Assembly (NCBI GenBank): GCA_028023455.1
Contig: JAQFVV010000002.1
Location: forward strand, 32,550,001 to 32,614,000
Length of the DNA stretch: 64,000 bases
Direction of reading: 5' to 3'
Source: Epiperipatus broadwayi
Taxonomy: Eukaryota > Animalia > Onychophora
The position numbers were made by a program, and so were the translations under genes. This document shows positions 60,903 through 64,000 of the stretch, piece by piece. The stretch's first letter is position 1, and every line of letters starts with the position of its first letter. Below the pieces are notes generated by a model. That model saw only the letters and a list, made by a program, of their open reading frames with translations. It did no database searches and was not told the DNA's origin.

Positions 60903-62732
60903 TCTAAAAAATATATATATATGGCTTTTTACATACTACAAACAAACGCATTACATTTTGAAAAAAACAAATGTCTTCATTCTAATATAATACATGTATA
61001 TAAAAAAAATAACACAAAGTTTCATCATTCAAGCATGTCAATCATCAACTTCTTGACAGGCTTATTTCATGGCTGTTGGTCTACATTTCAGGCGAAATAT
61101 GAAAGACTGAAATGCTATGATTCGGTCCAAATCTTATTTGAACAGAAAATGATTAATTAATTAAGATATTTTATACACGGACTTCTAAGAAACACAATAT
61201 GAAAAATGCCGTAAATTTCTATACAATAGCAAAAAGAAAAAGGAGCCTATTGCAAGGCTAAGGATTTTAATGCTTGGATTTGATCATTATATTTTGGCTT
61301 TCATCATAAAATTAAATATTATACAATAACTATTTTGAAAGATTATTTATTTAAATCAATTAATTTATATGTATGTGTAATACGAAAATATTTATTGATA
61401 AAAAATAAACCACTGAATATAGTCATAAACATAATGATATAATTAAAAAATATCTTCCCATTTCCTGATTAGCGATTCTCATTTGCTTTAATGCAGTCGT
61501 ATTTGAAATAGTGTTTTTAAATTTCTGCCTTTTTTTTTTGTTTTGTTAAGGTATTCAAAAGATTGAAGTCTTAATTTCAAAATAATTACAGGATATGTAA
61601 TATACAGAAAACTTATATTAAGATTCAACAATTGAGATAAATGGAAACTTTCGCATTTAGCTTTAATGGATGCCAATAGTGGCACTTTATTAGTGGATAT
61701 TACAAAAAAATCCCACAATCATTACTACTGGACTAATGTTAAATTTCTAATGATTTACGAATTAATGATATATTAGAAATTTAAAATATATATTTTTAAT
61801 AATTCCCAATATAATCATAAGTTCATGAATAAATTATCTTGGTCCGATCTTTATAATTCAAAACTAGCATTTTCTGTGTGATTATCTTCTTTCTTCTGCT
61901 TGTTTCAACTTCTACCTATATTGGGTAACTTTTCTTAAGAACATACATAATAATATCTAATAAATTAAAATCTGCTTCTATAAAGCAAATGAATAGTAAA
62001 TACTTAAAATTATAGAATGCTGATATCAAAAAAATTAGATCCATCATTATTTTAGCTAAATAAAAAACCTCATGGTGTAACATTTGCAAGTTAGCTAGTC
62101 CTAAGATCTGAGTTTAAACCTAGGTTGAGTAAACTTGAAAATTTTTACAGCAAGCTTGAGATTTTTTTTTAAAATAATCAATCACTTTTTTAGTATCATC
62201 TTATTGAATATAAGAGTCTATGCAATAATAAGAGATTTTATAAAAAAGATACAAATGATTACAGTACATTTGATTATTTAGGGGTAAAAGATTGTATATA
62301 ATCAATCACTGTAAATGATCAACTAATTTTGGTCAGAAAATGAATATTTAGCTATTCTTAAATAAAATAAGAATAGAAAACCACTCAAAACTTCATCTGT
62401 TGGCAATTGGGAAGCTTGATGAGTATTACCTTATTTAGATGAAATACTGAAGGGGTCTTTTCTCAGCAGTAGTTTATTTAAAAGATGTTTTACCTAATAT
62501 TTGGCTGAAGATTTGTGATGATGGTATATTAGATGTGAAAATATGTTGCACTATTTCCATCATCTAACAATAAATGTTGAATGTATAAAAAATTTTAAAC
62601 TTTAGTTAAACTTTTCAAATACAAACAATTTGTCATTTAGTAAATAAAATAGTCATACATCACAAGATTTAACTTGATAAGTTTGTAATTATAAACTAAA
62701 ATAAAAAGCGTGCTAATAGCTCTAAAAAGCTT

Positions 62733-62740
62733 TATCGATA
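62733..62740. promoter_or_regulatory. DRE (DREF-binding) palindrome TATCGATA, candidate LRR1 promoter element
   Basis: Exact TATCGATA about 1.8 kb upstream of the ATG; the ATG is preceded by an acceptor-like ttttttag, suggesting a 5'UTR intron. Confidence 0.35.
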
Positions 62741-62783
62741 AATGCCGCAAGAGAAAGCATTTAAAATCTCTATCTAGAAACTA

Positions 62784-62825
62784 TCCCCAGACCAGTTTCT
62801 ATCTATTGGCTTTCCTCAGTGAGAC
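62784..62825 (-). ncRNA. Hammerhead ribozyme motif upstream of the LRR1 CDS
   Basis: Reverse complement: gtctca CTGAGGA aagccaatagata GAAA ctgGTC | tgggga. Confidence 0.55.
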
Positions 62826-62975
62826 ACTAGAATATTTCAGACACTAGATCCAAATTACTAAAAGCCAGTACTTATCTGACAGTTAACTTTTAAGTAGAAA
62901 ATCTGAAATTTTCAGAAACCTATATATCTGCAAATCCAGCTATCTAACTTAAATAGCTATATGAGGCTGAGAAAT
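62784..62975 (-). mobile_element. Hammerhead-bearing repeat, family B
   Basis: Reverse complement aligns by eye to 42700-42890. Confidence 0.65.
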
Positions 62976-64000
62976 AAGTTGTTTATTATTAAAAAACTTA
63001 AATAAAGTTTAAAATTTTCTATCCATTCAACATTCACTGCTAGATAATGGAAATAATCCAACATATTATTACAAATGTTTTATGTAAATTTATTTAGATT
63101 TCAATAATGATAATTTTCCTATTAATATATATATATATATAAGGTAGGATTTATAATTATATATATATGCATTTAATCCTTGGATAAATATATATATATA
63201 CTTCATCTTGCAGTTGATCGATGATAATAGTTGAAAATGATATACATACACCTTTGATATCTTCATCAATTAGTTAATGACTAATTTGGTAATCTTTTTC
63301 TTCCTTTTCCTCTGTATATAAATCTGAAAAAGGCTATTTTAATGTTGTTGCTTTTAGCTTACGGTAATTGAATAAAATACTAGACTACCTATGATACATT
63401 TATTAATATTATAGATTTATATAGAATGAGAACCGCTTTGAAATAATAATATGCAATTACTCAAAATTACATCATACTATTTGGTCATATCTTTTAAGTA
63501 ATTACTCCAACTTCATTCAGATTGTCAGAGACCAGAATATCAGTCTCCTTCACCATTCAACAAGACTCAATATTTAAATTGATTGCTGGACACAGAAAAA
63601 TGTGAACATTATTTTCATCTTCCTCAAATATAAAACAGCACAGAAAAACTAACTGGAGCAATATCATATCTGAAGATGACTTTTCTGATAAAAAAGTTGG
63701 CACCACGGGATGAATTTGATTCTATGATATTCTATAAAGTGACTAAGCAGATTATTGATTGGACCAAGAGTATTATGATATTCTAAATTATTTATAATCT
63801 CACCACTAAGAATCACAACTAAAAAAAAAAAGTCTCAATGATGGACTTCTTTTGCCAGACTAGCCCCAACTGAAGATTCATCCAACTATGTGATAAGCTT
63901 CCAATCAAAATATTACCGTTACCATGTCTGAGCACAGCACAAGTTCTATAAAATGTCAGCTTACATAATAAAGTTCTGCTTTTGAAACCGTAGTACTGAT

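Noticed and set aside
254-61718. Most remaining short ORFs in the supplied track
   Set aside because: They are F/I/K/L/N-rich chance ORFs in AT-rich introns without splice-consistent homology.

Overview
This is very AT-rich eukaryotic DNA with invertebrate/arthropod-like gene structure; the species cannot be assigned from sequence alone. Two intron-rich ubiquitin-system genes converge tail-to-tail. (1) The 3' part of BIRC6 (Bruce/Apollon) lies on +: 12 coding exons from 659 to 26237, including the C-terminal UBC (E2/E3) domain. (2) A complete LRR1 (PPIL5, CRL2 substrate receptor) lies on -: 5 coding exons from 60902 down to 34147, 411 aa. All exon phases were checked by hand and all junctions are GT-AG. 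Introns and the intergenic spacer are full of decayed transposons: RTE and other LINE fragments, two mariner remnants, a Tc2/pogo-like element, a hAT transposase remnant with a nested 8-bp-TSD MITE, tRNA-derived SINEs, a putative solo LTR and many foldbacks. The most striking unannotated signal is a set of about nine dispersed type I minimal hammerhead-ribozyme motifs (CTGANGA...GAAA-palindrome-GTC) of the Penelope-like/retrozyme type. They sit in non-coding repeat modules that often form inverted pairs; five share a fixed 13-nt stem II closed by a non-canonical A.A, and two form the tail of a tRNA-headed SINE. Also notable are a decayed short-unit LRR-coding array antisense inside an LRR1 intron, and a near-identical 259/257-bp direct repeat flanking a 1.67-kb insert. 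No rRNA, genuine tRNA or CRISPR array was seen. Coordinates of decayed transposons are approximate, and no database search or folding program was run.
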